Shown here: in pieces, positions 1 to 9,263 of the stretch
How positions within the stretch are numbered: the first letter of the stretch is position 1
Layout: each line of letters begins with the position of its first letter
NCBI GenBank assembly: GCA_963809485.1
Contig: CAWEJX010000008.1
Location: 288,001 to 352,000 of the forward strand
Direction of reading: 5' to 3'
Length of the DNA: 64,000 bases
Source: an uncultured Acidobacteriota bacterium
GTDB lineage: Bacteria; Acidobacteriota; UBA6911
Notes under the pieces: model-generated
Told to the model about the DNA's origin: nothing
What the model saw: only the letters and a program-made list of their open reading frames with translations
Databases searched by the model: none
Made by a program: the position numbers and the translations under genes

Positions 1-962
1 TAAATATTCGCGGCCACGCCTTGCTGGCTGGCATTATAGGCCTTTGGAAAAGCTTCGACCGGGATAGGAGGCTCCGGGTAGAAGAGGGCATCCGTGAGAT
101 AGGCGCCCACGTGATAGCCCAGGAAGTGGCTTCGGACCTGCAGGGCGTCGGCGCCCGCAGCCTGGAGGCATTTGGCGATTTCCCTTGCGTCCTCATGAGT
201 GAGGCACTGGCTGTCAGGAACGCCGATTCCCTGTCCCATCTCGATGCCGTTTATGATCATGGAAACGGGGAAGTCCCTCCCCAGGCGCTTTTTGATCTCC
301 CGAATTACTTCCATCGCGAAGCGGGCCCGGTTTTCGATGCTGCCGCCATACGCATCGGTGCGCTTGTTCCAGAAGGGAGAGAAGAAGTTGTGCAGAAGGT
401 GGCTGCTGGCTGCGTTGATGTCCACGCCGTCGAATCCCGCTTTCTGAGCCCGGACTGCTGCGCTGGCGAACTTGTCCACAATCTCCTGGATCTGCTCCAC
501 AGTGAGCGCCCGGGGCACTTCGGCGTGAAAATCCCCATCGGACTGGAAGCTGACGGGCGACGCTCCTATGGGCGGCCCGTCGTACATCGGCTGCGGCGCG
601 AAGGGGAGCTTGACCTGCCAGGGGCCGTCGTGATTCATCTGCATGAAAGTCGGGCAGTCATGTTTGTGAATGATTTTGACCAGTTCGCTGAGGCCCTGGA
701 TGTATTTGTCATCGTCGATGCGGTACCTTTCTTTCCAGCGCACGCCCAGCGGGTAATCGATGGTGGGCGATTCAACAATCAACAGCCCCACACCGCCTCT
801 GGCGATGCCTTCGTAAAATGCCAGGACTTCTTCCTGCATGTGCAGGTCGTCCTCGTGCCACATGAGCATGCCGGCGCCTGATTTGACGATTCGGTTTCTG
901 GTTTTTACCGACCCTATGCGGCCGGGTTCGAGGAGCTTTTGGTATTTCGAAAAAGTACTCAT
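1..962 (-). CDS. NADH:flavin oxidoreductase / Old Yellow Enzyme family (2,4-dienoyl-CoA reductase/enoate reductase-like); runs off the window edge
   Basis: Absent from the ORF track because its stop lies outside the window. Manual translation from ATG at 962 gives MSTFSKYQKLLEPGRIGSVKTRNRIVKS...FYEGIARGGVGLLIVE..., the typical OYE N-terminus; AAGGTG RBS upstream. Confidence 0.85.
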   Translation of the reverse strand, partial: MSTFSKYQKLLEPGRIGSVKTRNRIVKSGAGMLMWHEDDLHMQEEVLAFYEGIARGGVGLLIVESPTIDYPLGVRWKERYRIDDDKYIQGLSELVKIIHKHDCPTFMQMNHDGPWQVKLPFAPQPMYDGPPIGASPVSFQSDGDFHAEVPRALTVEQIQEIVDKFASAAVRAQKAGFDGVDINAASSHLLHNFFSPFWNKRTDAYGGSIENRARFAMEVIREIKKRLGRDFPVSMIINGIEMGQGIGVPDSQCLTHEDAREIAKCLQAAGADALQVRSHFLGYHVGAYLTDALFYPEPPIPVEAFPKAYNASQQGVAANI

Positions 963-982
963 TCGTTTCACCTTTTTGAGAG

Positions 983-1056
983 GTTTCCCGTTTTCAGGTT
1001 CCCGGTTTCCCGTTCTGATTTCTTGAATTTGAACGGGAAAGAACGGGGAACCTGAA
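983..1056. repeat. Inverted degenerate heptamer array (TTCCCGT/ACGGGAA type) forming an intergenic hairpin
   Basis: gtttcccgttttcaggttcccggtttcccgttc ... gaacgggaaagaacggggaacctgaa. Confidence 0.7.
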
Positions 1057-1058
1057 TT

Positions 1059-2303
1059 CTAGATAACTCCAGATTCTCTCATGAATGCGATTTGGTTCTC
1101 TGTCAATCCCAGTTCGCGGTAGACTTCGGCATTATGCTCGCCGACCATGGGCGCACGGCATTTGACGGACGTCTCATTTTCCGAAGATCGCGCGAACTGC
1201 TTTGGATACGGGATCGTCGATTGTAGTTCCGGATGCTCCATTTGCGTCCAGAAACCTCTGGCGGCGAGGTTGGGGTCGCCGAGCAGGTCCTTCATACCCA
1301 TAAGCGGGCAAATCGAGATGCCTCTCGTCGTCGCCGCTTCGAGCGCTTCAGTTTTTGTGCGTGTCATGAAAAACTCTGCGATAGGCTGCGATATCCTGTC
1401 TATCAATTCCTGCGTTGCGGTGGCCATGTCGAAACTTTCCCATTCGTAGGACAGAAGGAATTCGTTGGCCATGCCCTTTTCATTCATCCATTGCACCAGC
1501 TGGCGGCAGGTCTTGGCTCCCTGCTGCCCGCCGATCATGAAGAAAAATATGAAGCCGTCTTTGCACGGCCAAACCTGCCGCTGCAGGGTCCCCCGGCTGC
1601 TGGTGCGAAAGGTCCCCACCCGGCCGAGAATCAGTTTCTCGAGCTCCCAGTGCGGTATCGTTTGAGCCAGGAACCAGGCAGCGCTGTGCTGCATGGAAAC
1701 GTCCACATGCTGCCCATCCCCCGTCTTTCTCCTGAAATGATGTGCGAGCATGGAACCTACGGCAGCGTCCGCTCCGGCGTGAAGGCATGCCTGCGGCATG
1801 CTTATGTTCACTGGCCGTCGGTCCGAATCGCCGGTCAGAAAAAGCTCTCCGGCCATCCCCATGAGGACAAGGTCGGAAGCCTGATAGTGACGGTACGGCC
1901 CTGTCTGGCCAAAGGGCGTAATCGACGTCAGGATGATATCCTTCCGGATACGGCACAACTCGGGGTAGCCGAAGCCAAGCCTGTCCATCTCGCCCGGCGC
2001 AAAAGATTCAATGACAAAGTCCGCGGTTTTAGCCAGGTCGCGGAAAATGCGCCTGCCTTCCTCTGTCCCCAGATTGAGCGTGATTGCGCGCTTGCTGCTG
2101 TTATAGGCAAACCAGTAAAGGCTTTTTTCGGGATCCGTCTGATCGTGCCAGAAAGGACCGATTTTGCGTGAGGGATCTCCTCCGGGCCTCTCAACCTTTA
2201 TGACATCCACGCCCAGTTCGGCCAGGATCTTCCCGCACAGAAATCCTTTTTCGTCGGTCAGATCCAGGGCTCGATACCCTTCCAGCATTCTGGTCCGCGG
2301 CAT
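1059..2303 (-). CDS. Class III CoA-transferase (CaiB/BaiF), BbsE-like subunit apparently lacking the catalytic Asp
   Basis: LAELGVDVIKVERPGGD, YNSSKRAITLNL, GQHVDVSM and APMVGEHN motifs; PQACLHAG at the position where active subunits have Asp. Confidence 0.9.
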   Translation of the reverse strand: MPRTRMLEGYRALDLTDEKGFLCGKILAELGVDVIKVERPGGDPSRKIGPFWHDQTDPEKSLYWFAYNSSKRAITLNLGTEEGRRIFRDLAKTADFVIESFAPGEMDRLGFGYPELCRIRKDIILTSITPFGQTGPYRHYQASDLVLMGMAGELFLTGDSDRRPVNISMPQACLHAGADAAVGSMLAHHFRRKTGDGQHVDVSMQHSAAWFLAQTIPHWELEKLILGRVGTFRTSSRGTLQRQVWPCKDGFIFFFMIGGQQGAKTCRQLVQWMNEKGMANEFLLSYEWESFDMATATQELIDRISQPIAEFFMTRTKTEALEAATTRGISICPLMGMKDLLGDPNLAARGFWTQMEHPELQSTIPYPKQFARSSENETSVKCRAPMVGEHNAEVYRELGLTENQIAFMRESGVI

Positions 2304-2307
2304 AATT

Positions 2308-2730
2308 TTATGCTTTCCCCCTGGCTTTCAGATCGGACCAGAGATCCGCAATGGCTGCCTTCACATCCGACGCGGGCGGGTATACACGGTCAAATCCCAG
2401 CTTCTTGAACTTTATCTCGTCGTCCTTGAAGTCGTGCTTCCCCACACCCAGGTTCCCGCCGATATAGAGAAGCACATCGTTCAGTCCGGCCTTGAGGCAG
2501 TTTTCCTTGAATCCCTGGACATCATTCTCGCCCATCCCATAAAGAGAACTCATCAGGATGGCATCCGCCTTGTTTTCCAGAGCGGCTTTGATGAACTCCT
2601 CCGGAGGCGTCAGGATTCCCAGCTCTATAACGTTGAACCCGCCTTCTCGGAGCGCCCGCGACAATATCTTTGTACCGATCACGTGGGCGTCCTTGCCCAC
2701 CGTCCCCGTCACTACAGTTGGATTAGCCAT
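2308..2730 (-). CDS. glmS: Cobalamin-binding small (sigma) subunit of a glutamate/methylaspartate mutase-like enzyme
   Basis: DAHVIG (DxHxxG), SSLYG, LYIGGNL and GFDRVYPP; 140 aa; adjacent to the E subunit. Confidence 0.9.
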   Translation of the reverse strand: MANPTVVTGTVGKDAHVIGTKILSRALREGGFNVIELGILTPPEEFIKAALENKADAILMSSLYGMGENDVQGFKENCLKAGLNDVLLYIGGNLGVGKHDFKDDEIKFKKLGFDRVYPPASDVKAAIADLWSDLKARGKA

Positions 2731-2773
2731 AATTGCGTTTCTCCTTACACCGCGATTGACGATCTTTCAGAAG

Positions 2774-2843
2774 GAGTTTCCAGTTCCCAGGTAAAAGGCT
2801 TCAGTCTTAAAACTGGCAACTGGAAACTTGGAACTGGGAACTC
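2774..2843. repeat. Inverted heptamer array (AGTTYCC / GGRAACT)
   Basis: gagtttccagttcccag ... aactggcaactggaaacttggaactgggaactc. Confidence 0.85.
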
Positions 2844-2845
2844 TT

Positions 2846-4309
2846 TTACGGTTTGCCGGTCAGCTGGCCTTTGCTGAAGGCCCAGAAATCCTGAACCAGG
2901 GCGTCATAATCCATCTGCCGGCCTTCCGCCTTTTCCCTTTCCGCTACTTTGGCGCGATGGAATTTCTTGACCTCTTCGGGGAATGGCAGATTGCCAAACT
3001 CCTTCCAACGTATGGCGCCGCGAACGTCCTTAATGCCCTGCACCAGGTCTTTCACTTGCCTGTTGGGGCTGAAACTTGAATCGAGGAATCCCTCTTCCAC
3101 CGATATCAGGCATCCAAGGACGACATCTCCGTCGCCCACTTCCAGGATTTTATTCATGAGCGCACGGATTTCGAGTTCGGCCATTGCCGCTTCTTCATCG
3201 ATTTCCTTCATTTTCAGGTCGATCTTCTGCCCGCGTATGACGTTCAGGAGCCAGTTGGTCGATTCGTAGCTTTGCGCGTGGGATTCTTCCGTGGGGATGC
3301 CCAGGGCTTCATCGATAGTTCTTATGGATACGGCCTCGACATTCCCGAGGGCGGCAACCATGGCTGTGTAATTGGGAAAAGCGAAGGCGGCTCCTACTCC
3401 CTGAGGCATGGGGAACAGCGGTGTATGCTGTGCGAAAACGCCTGCTATTTCCACGTCTTTGTAGCCAAATCTGTCCAGATACTCCCTCATCAGCCGGGGA
3501 GTCACCCGGATCCAGGCCAGGTCCTGCGCGAGATTGCCCATCAGATGAACGACGGAGGTTATGCTCTTGCCCCCCTGTTCGGCCACCATGAGCGCGTCTA
3601 CGATGGTGGTAGCCAGATTCACGGTCATCGGCTGCATGCCCGTAAGGATCCACCCATGATTGTCCGTGGAAATAATCACTCCCCGGTCGGCATAATAGCC
3701 GATCAGCCGCTGGACATACTGGCTTGCGGCCATGGATTGCTCCAGGGTTGCATACTTCTCGTAGGCTGCCCATGAGATAAAGGAAGATGCGGCGATTGCC
3801 GTCATGCCCGCAGCGAAAGCAATTTCGGTTGCCAGGGGATAGGATTTAAGGGAAAGCCTGGGATTAAAGGCTCCGCGATCGACGCTCTCGATGATTCTGC
3901 GCGTCTGCTTCACTCCGTAGTTGATGATCGGATATCCGTTCAGCAGGTTTTTGCCCGTCCTCCTCATCTCTGCCAGGAGGCTTTCCACTTTTTCGAAATC
4001 GAGCTGGCGCGTATAGCTGTCCGAGGTCACCGGGATGAAAGGCACTCCTGATTCAACCAGCTTTTTGGAGAGACTGATCTCGTCTTCAATCAATCCGGTG
4101 CCCGCCCTGGGAAATATGGCGGTTTTTCCCTCGTCGTGCAGCCTCCGGGCAACCTTATGCCAGTTCTTGGAGTCCGGCAGTTTCTTCTGATACTCGACCG
4201 CCTCAACAAGATCCACCTCACGGCCTGTCGGCCAGAGGGCAAGAACCGGTCCGCGCATTTTTAGAAAATCATTTTCATCAAGCCGCTTGTTTCTCAACTT
4301 GGTTTCCAT
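2846..4309 (-). CDS. glmE: Glutamate/methylaspartate mutase epsilon subunit-like protein with a divergent active site
   Basis: WPTG, PRAG, DSYTRQ, LLNGYP.NYGV, AEQG, GNLAQD and EALGIPT motifs; 487 aa. Confidence 0.85.
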   Translation of the reverse strand: METKLRNKRLDENDFLKMRGPVLALWPTGREVDLVEAVEYQKKLPDSKNWHKVARRLHDEGKTAIFPRAGTGLIEDEISLSKKLVESGVPFIPVTSDSYTRQLDFEKVESLLAEMRRTGKNLLNGYPIINYGVKQTRRIIESVDRGAFNPRLSLKSYPLATEIAFAAGMTAIAASSFISWAAYEKYATLEQSMAASQYVQRLIGYYADRGVIISTDNHGWILTGMQPMTVNLATTIVDALMVAEQGGKSITSVVHLMGNLAQDLAWIRVTPRLMREYLDRFGYKDVEIAGVFAQHTPLFPMPQGVGAAFAFPNYTAMVAALGNVEAVSIRTIDEALGIPTEESHAQSYESTNWLLNVIRGQKIDLKMKEIDEEAAMAELEIRALMNKILEVGDGDVVLGCLISVEEGFLDSSFSPNRQVKDLVQGIKDVRGAIRWKEFGNLPFPEEVKKFHRAKVAEREKAEGRQMDYDALVQDFWAFSKGQLTGKP

Positions 4310-4312
4310 CTA

Positions 4313-4400
4313 TTCCCCCAGTTCCCAGTTCCCAGTTCCCAGTTTCCGGTTTCCCTGTTTTGATTTCAACTCGAAACTCGAAACTGGGAACTTGGAACTA
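4313..4400. repeat. Inverted heptamer array (AGTTCCC x3 / AACTCGA, AACTGGG)
   Basis: cagttcccagttcccagttcccagtttccggtttccc ... aactcgaaactcgaaactgggaacttggaacta. Confidence 0.9.
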
Positions 4401-4401
4401 T

Positions 4402-5628
4402 TTAGATCACTTCCTCATCCTTGAGCTGTTGTATCTTGTCCCAGTCGTAGCCGCAGACATCCATCAGGACTTCTTCCGTATTCTGACCGAAACAGGGCGC
4501 AAAGCCGTCCACCGTCACCGGAGTTCCGCTGAAATTGACCGGATTTCCAACCATCTTGATGGCGCCCAGGGACGGATGATTGATTTCCGCGATGTAGCCA
4601 TTCTGCAGCGCCTGTTCGTCATTGGCCAGATCCGTCGGTCTCAGGACAGGGGAATAGGCGATTCCTTCGCCCTTCTCATCCAGAATTTTCATCCATTCCT
4701 GGCGTGTTTTGGTCTTGAAAACCCCTTCTATGATAACCAGCAGTTCCCTGAAATTTTCGCGCCGTCGGGCGGCATCGGAATATTTGTCATCCTTCTCGAG
4801 GTGCTGAATGCCCAGGGCATCGCAGAAAGCCGGCCAGAACCTGTCGGCCTGCGGCTCCGAAAGCAGCAGCCACTCCCCGTCGGCGCACTCGAAATGGTTT
4901 GCCATCGGGTTTTTCAGGGATCGCCTCGAGGGTCTGGGAATCTGGCGGCCTCTGAGGAGCGCCGTATTGAGGTTATAGGCCTGCAAATGTATCCCCGATC
5001 CAAGAAGCGAAACTTCTACCTGCTGGCCTGTTCCCTGTCTGTCCCTCGCGACCAGTGCGGCCAGTATTCCATAAACCAGAAGGGTGCCGGTCATCTGGTC
5101 GAACACGGGTCCGCCAATCTGCGCGGGAGGCGTGTCCGGCTCTCCACCGAGCGCATACATGATCCCCGATCGCGCCTGTGCCACGCTGTCAAAAGCGCGC
5201 CGGTTGCTTTCCGGCCCAGCAAGTCCATAGCCGGTCGCAAGCCCATAAACAAGCTTTGGATTGTATTTCTTCAGGGTCTCGAAGTCGATCTTAAGTTTTG
5301 CAATCGCCGACTGCGTGAAGTTGGTGCAGAAAACATCGGCTTTGGATACCAGCTCATAAAGCAGCTGCCTGCCTTTTTCTTTCTTCAGGTCCAGCGTGAT
5401 GCTCTTTTTATTGCGGTTTGCGGTTTCGAACAGTATGTTTTCGCCATTGGGCAGCGTCATGGAGGAACCAAAAACCGCGGACGTGCCCCGCGATGGATCG
5501 CCCTTCTCGCGGTCCTCTATCTTAATGATTTCGGCTCCCAAATCGCCCAGCATGTAGCATGCCGTGGGCGCGCTGAGATAGCCCCCACATTCGACGACCC
5601 GTATGCCCTGCAATGGTCCACCACTCAT
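4402..5628 (-). CDS. Class III CoA-transferase (CaiB/BaiF), BbsF-like catalytic subunit
   Basis: LGDLGAEIIKIE, NRNKKSITLDL, catalytic Asp in GPVFDQ, GQQVEVSL and APCFGQNT; alternative start at 5640. Confidence 0.9.
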   Translation of the reverse strand: MSGGPLQGIRVVECGGYLSAPTACYMLGDLGAEIIKIEDREKGDPSRGTSAVFGSSMTLPNGENILFETANRNKKSITLDLKKEKGRQLLYELVSKADVFCTNFTQSAIAKLKIDFETLKKYNPKLVYGLATGYGLAGPESNRRAFDSVAQARSGIMYALGGEPDTPPAQIGGPVFDQMTGTLLVYGILAALVARDRQGTGQQVEVSLLGSGIHLQAYNLNTALLRGRQIPRPSRRSLKNPMANHFECADGEWLLLSEPQADRFWPAFCDALGIQHLEKDDKYSDAARRRENFRELLVIIEGVFKTKTRQEWMKILDEKGEGIAYSPVLRPTDLANDEQALQNGYIAEINHPSLGAIKMVGNPVNFSGTPVTVDGFAPCFGQNTEEVLMDVCGYDWDKIQQLKDEEVI

Positions 5629-5644
5629 ATCATCTCCCATCTCA

Positions 5645-5760
5645 AAATTACGAATTACGAATTACGAATGACGAATTTAAACAATCTACTTGGCTATCTA
5701 TCATAAAATGCAAACTGCAGATGTTGATTCAATTCGTCATTCGTAATTCGTAATTCGCAA
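5645..5760. repeat. Inverted heptamer array (AATTACG / CGTAATT)
   Basis: aattacgaattacgaattacgaatgacgaatt ... aattcgtcattcgtaattcgtaattcgcaa. Confidence 0.9.
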
Positions 5761-7461
5761 TTACGTTGTGAGCCAGCGGAGCATCTGAAGCTCCTCCGGA
5801 CTCGGTCTCGGCACTTCTTCGACGACGGGTGCAGTCTTCAGATCCCACCCGCAGTTATTTTTTATTTCTTTGATCCGTTCTTCCAGTTTTCGAGCCTGCG
5901 GATCCGGGAAGCATGCCACCAGATACAGCTCGTCCTCCGGGTCCGGTTTCCTGAAGATGCCCATAGTCGAAACCACCGTTGTTACGGCATGCCCGCGGCC
6001 GGTCACGTATGCAAGCTGGTCCACGAACCGATCCCTGGACTGATCCAGGCATAGGATGGCCTCGCGGGCGTTGAGCGCATCGTTGACTCCTCCCGAGCCG
6101 ACGAGGAATTTCCCCTTGGAGGTTTTTGTGGAATTGATGTTCCCGAACCGGTCCATCTGGCCTGCGCCGAGGATGCTCAGACAGCGGCTGTTCTCGCCCC
6201 CGACAAAAACACCCTGCATCATGACAGTATCCGTCAGGATTTTTGAACTGCGGACCCCGGCTTCGCTGGCCAGGATGGATTCCCCGGGAACGGGCGTATA
6301 GCCGATCTGACCGTTTCCGGTTCCCAATTCAAATCCCGCCGACTTCAGCTGATAATAGGCCAGAAATGCGGCCGTCGCGGCTGCGCCCGCTCCGGCGAGC
6401 ACCATTTTGTGCCCTTTGCTGTCCACGCTGTTGCGGATTTCCCGGGCCAACGCAATAAGCATCATCTCCTTGGGCTGGAATTCCGTGTCCTGTTGAGGCG
6501 ACGGGACAAACTCGAATCCCGTTGTCACCCGCCGGGACTTCTCTTTAAGCTCGTCGATTCGCTGCTTTCCAAGCTTGCTCAAATAGTGTTCGTGATCCAG
6601 ACAATCAAGGATCCATTCCCTGATCCAATCATCCAGTGCGGGGCCGCTTGCGGAAGCTTCATAGAGAGCATTGAGAAAATCTACATCCTTTTCGTAGGGA
6701 TCGATATCGCTGATGCCTGGATTGGCCAGGGAGAAAGGATGAAGTCCCAGAGGCGCAGGCGCCACAGCCTGAACGGCATAGGCAGGGATTTTGACCAGCG
6801 CCGCATATTTTTTTATGAATTCTGCAGGCACGATCTTCTCAACCGTTACGACCACTCCCCCTTTGCTGGCAAGGGAGCCCCAAACGTCTTCGCCGTAGGG
6901 AGCAGGCAGAATCGTGTTGCCATCGAGGTCCGCAGCACAGCCGTGGACAATGGAGATATCGGGCAGAAGAGCGCTCGCCAGGCCGACTTGGACTCCGGAT
7001 CCAAACGGATCGTCCATTGTCGTAAACGCTGTCGCGTTATCCTCGGCAATGCTGCTACCGAGAACGGATCGGGTGGGCATGAACGGAACGCCGAAAGCAC
7101 CCGCCATAAGCCGCTGCTGGAGAGAGTTCAGCGACCAGTTTTCCATCTCGATCTGGCCGCTTTCGTAAGCGTTCTGAATAACCTTACTCGGGCGTCCGGT
7201 GCCGGAAATATTGGCACACACCGAACAGATGAGCTTCTTCACCAGTCTGCAGTGAACCAGATTGAGCGCATGTCCCGTTACGGTGCTTTGGATCAGCGTG
7301 AATTCGGGATTTTTTCCATGATATTGCCGGATTATGTCGCAAATGGCGGCGCTGGCTCCCCCGATGCCCGAGGCGATATGCAGCTTCATCCCGGGCTTCA
7401 CGAAGCGTTTTACAGCTTCGCGCAACTCCAGCAGTTTCCCCTGTTCCTTAAGCGCAGTCAT
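5761..7461 (-). CDS. Fused alpha/beta class I CoA-transferase-fold protein (glutaconate CoA-transferase GctAB-like)
   Basis: Alpha half: RLMAGAFGVPFMPTRS.LGS, PDISIVHG..AD.DGN, VTVEKIV, AP.G.HP. Beta half: LGAGQMDRFGNINST, LVGSGGVND, RFVDQLAYVT. Confidence 0.85.
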   Translation of the reverse strand: MTALKEQGKLLELREAVKRFVKPGMKLHIASGIGGASAAICDIIRQYHGKNPEFTLIQSTVTGHALNLVHCRLVKKLICSVCANISGTGRPSKVIQNAYESGQIEMENWSLNSLQQRLMAGAFGVPFMPTRSVLGSSIAEDNATAFTTMDDPFGSGVQVGLASALLPDISIVHGCAADLDGNTILPAPYGEDVWGSLASKGGVVVTVEKIVPAEFIKKYAALVKIPAYAVQAVAPAPLGLHPFSLANPGISDIDPYEKDVDFLNALYEASASGPALDDWIREWILDCLDHEHYLSKLGKQRIDELKEKSRRVTTGFEFVPSPQQDTEFQPKEMMLIALAREIRNSVDSKGHKMVLAGAGAAATAAFLAYYQLKSAGFELGTGNGQIGYTPVPGESILASEAGVRSSKILTDTVMMQGVFVGGENSRCLSILGAGQMDRFGNINSTKTSKGKFLVGSGGVNDALNAREAILCLDQSRDRFVDQLAYVTGRGHAVTTVVSTMGIFRKPDPEDELYLVACFPDPQARKLEERIKEIKNNCGWDLKTAPVVEEVPRPSPEELQMLRWLTT

Positions 7462-7527
7462 ATCAAAACCTTCATTTTAAAAAATTCAGCTTACTTTAGT
7501 TTGGGAAATTTCGCACCCATATGATTG

Positions 7528-7689
7528 GAGTTCCCAGTTTCGAGTTCCCAGTTTCCAGTTGGATATAAATTGCTTTTGAATGGAGATTTTGAACCGGGAT
7601 TAAGCCTTACAGGATTTACTGCATGGGGGTGATGCCAGTTCCCAGTTTCCAATCCAAACTGGGAACTGGAAACTGGGAACTGGAAACTC
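7528..7689. repeat. Inverted heptamer arrays enclosing a ~75 bp spacer
   Basis: gagttcccagtttcgagttcccagtttccagtt ... ccagttcccagtttcc aatcc aaactgggaactggaaactgggaactggaaactc. Confidence 0.9.
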
Positions 7690-7696
7690 AAAAGGT

Positions 7697-9190
7697 CTAA
7701 CCGAGCTTGCCTTGCCAGGGGCTGGCCGGTGTTCCGACCAGGTCGATCCAAACGTTCTTCATCATGCTGTATTCATCGAGGACCATGATGGAATTTTCCT
7801 TGCTGTGCCCCGACTCTTTGCATCCGCCCCAGGGGCATTCAAAAACAATGGACAGGTGCTGGTTCAGCCACACGGTGCCCACTTTGAGCTGCTTGGTCAT
7901 GACCAGGCCCAGCCGTATATCCTTGGTCCAGATCGATGCGCACAAACCGAAACGGGAGTCGTTGGCGATAGCCACAGCCTCTTCAGGAGTCCTGAATTTT
8001 GCCAGGGCAACCACCGGGCCGAAGACTTCCTCCTGCATGATCTCCGATTTGGGATCGCAGTCGCCAAAAATCGTGGGGGGAACGAAATATCCATCTTTCG
8101 TTTCCGGCGTATTGGGACGTTCACCGCCCAGCAGCAGTTTTGCGCCGGATCTCCTGGCACGCTCAACGAAGCGCTCGATGTTGTCCCTGTGGCCTTTGTA
8201 AGCGACAGGCCCGATCATAGTCTCAGGATTCAGAGGATCCCCCACACGCAGCAGCTTCGCGGCAGCAACAAATTTTTCGGCGAATTCGTCGTACACCGAC
8301 TCGTGAACAAGGTACCGGCTCGAGGCGCCGCAGTTCTGGCCGGAATTAAAGAAACCGCCCCAGATGGCCCCTTCGACGGTGGCCTTCATATCCGCGTCGG
8401 GAAGCACGATGAATGGATTTTTGCCCCCCAGCTCGCAAGCGACCGGTTTCACTGCAGCGCTGGCCAGAGCCAGGATCCGTTTCCCGGTTTCCGAATCGCC
8501 GGTAAAATTGATTTTGGCAATATAGGGGTGTTTGACCATGGCTTCTCCAACGGTAGATCCGGGACCAGACACGATATTAAGCACGCCCGGCGGGAATCCG
8601 GCCTTGGCGGCAAGCTCGCCAAGCTTCAGAACCGTAAGGGGAGCGCAGGAAGCAGGCTTCACCACGGCGGTGTTCCCCATCATCAACGCCGGGGTAATTT
8701 TGGATATTGCCGTAACAAGAGGGAAATTCCATGGCGTGATCAAACCCACAACCCCCAAAGGCTGGCGGATAGTAAAGGACATCGCCTGCGGGCCGACGGG
8801 CAGCGTTTTACCTGTTACCGCCCTTGCGACGCCGGCCATGAATTCGAAATGCTGCGCATCAAAGGTCATATCGAAATTGGTTGTTTTGAAAATTGGCCCG
8901 CCGTATTGCATGGTTTCCAATTTGGCCCACTCGTCCCGTTGAGCCCGGAGCAGCTCTGCCATCTTGAAGAAAATGGCAGCCTTATCGGTCGGGGATGTTT
9001 CCGCCCAGGCAGGCGCAGCCTTCCAGGCCGCCTCAGCCGCCCGGTCGACCTCTACCGAACTGCATTTGGGAGCGAGGCCTACGACCTTGCCATTTGCAGG
9101 ATTGATCACTTCCATCGTTTCCTTGGTAGATGCTTCGCAAAGCTCCCCATTGATTAACACCCGGTAATCTGAATTCATGACCGCCCCCAT
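7697..9190 (-). CDS. NAD(P)-dependent aldehyde dehydrogenase
   Basis: ITPWNFP, FTGDSETG, ELGGKNP, catalytic Cys in SGQNCG, EEVFGPV; possible start at 9178. Confidence 0.95.
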   Translation of the reverse strand: MGAVMNSDYRVLINGELCEASTKETMEVINPANGKVVGLAPKCSSVEVDRAAEAAWKAAPAWAETSPTDKAAIFFKMAELLRAQRDEWAKLETMQYGGPIFKTTNFDMTFDAQHFEFMAGVARAVTGKTLPVGPQAMSFTIRQPLGVVGLITPWNFPLVTAISKITPALMMGNTAVVKPASCAPLTVLKLGELAAKAGFPPGVLNIVSGPGSTVGEAMVKHPYIAKINFTGDSETGKRILALASAAVKPVACELGGKNPFIVLPDADMKATVEGAIWGGFFNSGQNCGASSRYLVHESVYDEFAEKFVAAAKLLRVGDPLNPETMIGPVAYKGHRDNIERFVERARRSGAKLLLGGERPNTPETKDGYFVPPTIFGDCDPKSEIMQEEVFGPVVALAKFRTPEEAVAIANDSRFGLCASIWTKDIRLGLVMTKQLKVGTVWLNQHLSIVFECPWGGCKESGHSKENSIMVLDEYSMMKNVWIDLVGTPASPWQGKLG

Positions 9191-9195
9191 ATCTT

Positions 9196-9228
9196 GAGTT
9201 TCCAGTTCCCAGTTTCAAGTTCCCAGTT
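9196..9228. repeat. Heptamer array, left arm flanking the four-helix-bundle gene
   Basis: gagtttccagttcccagtttcaagttcccagtt. Confidence 0.85.
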
Positions 9229-9263
9229 ACCTGCCGGTTCATTTTAGACTGGACACTGGTAAT

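Noticed and set aside
21-881. Long ORFs antisense to real genes (21-881, 4360-5706, 7712-9157, 17725-19008, 21042-22454, 48561-50009, 62252-63604 and others)
   Set aside because: Shadow frames of well-supported genes on the opposite strand; expected from codon bias at this GC content and without motifs.
4313-4400. Heptamer arrays as CRISPR repeats
   Set aside because: Units are 7 nt, tandem and without spacers; no cas genes are present.
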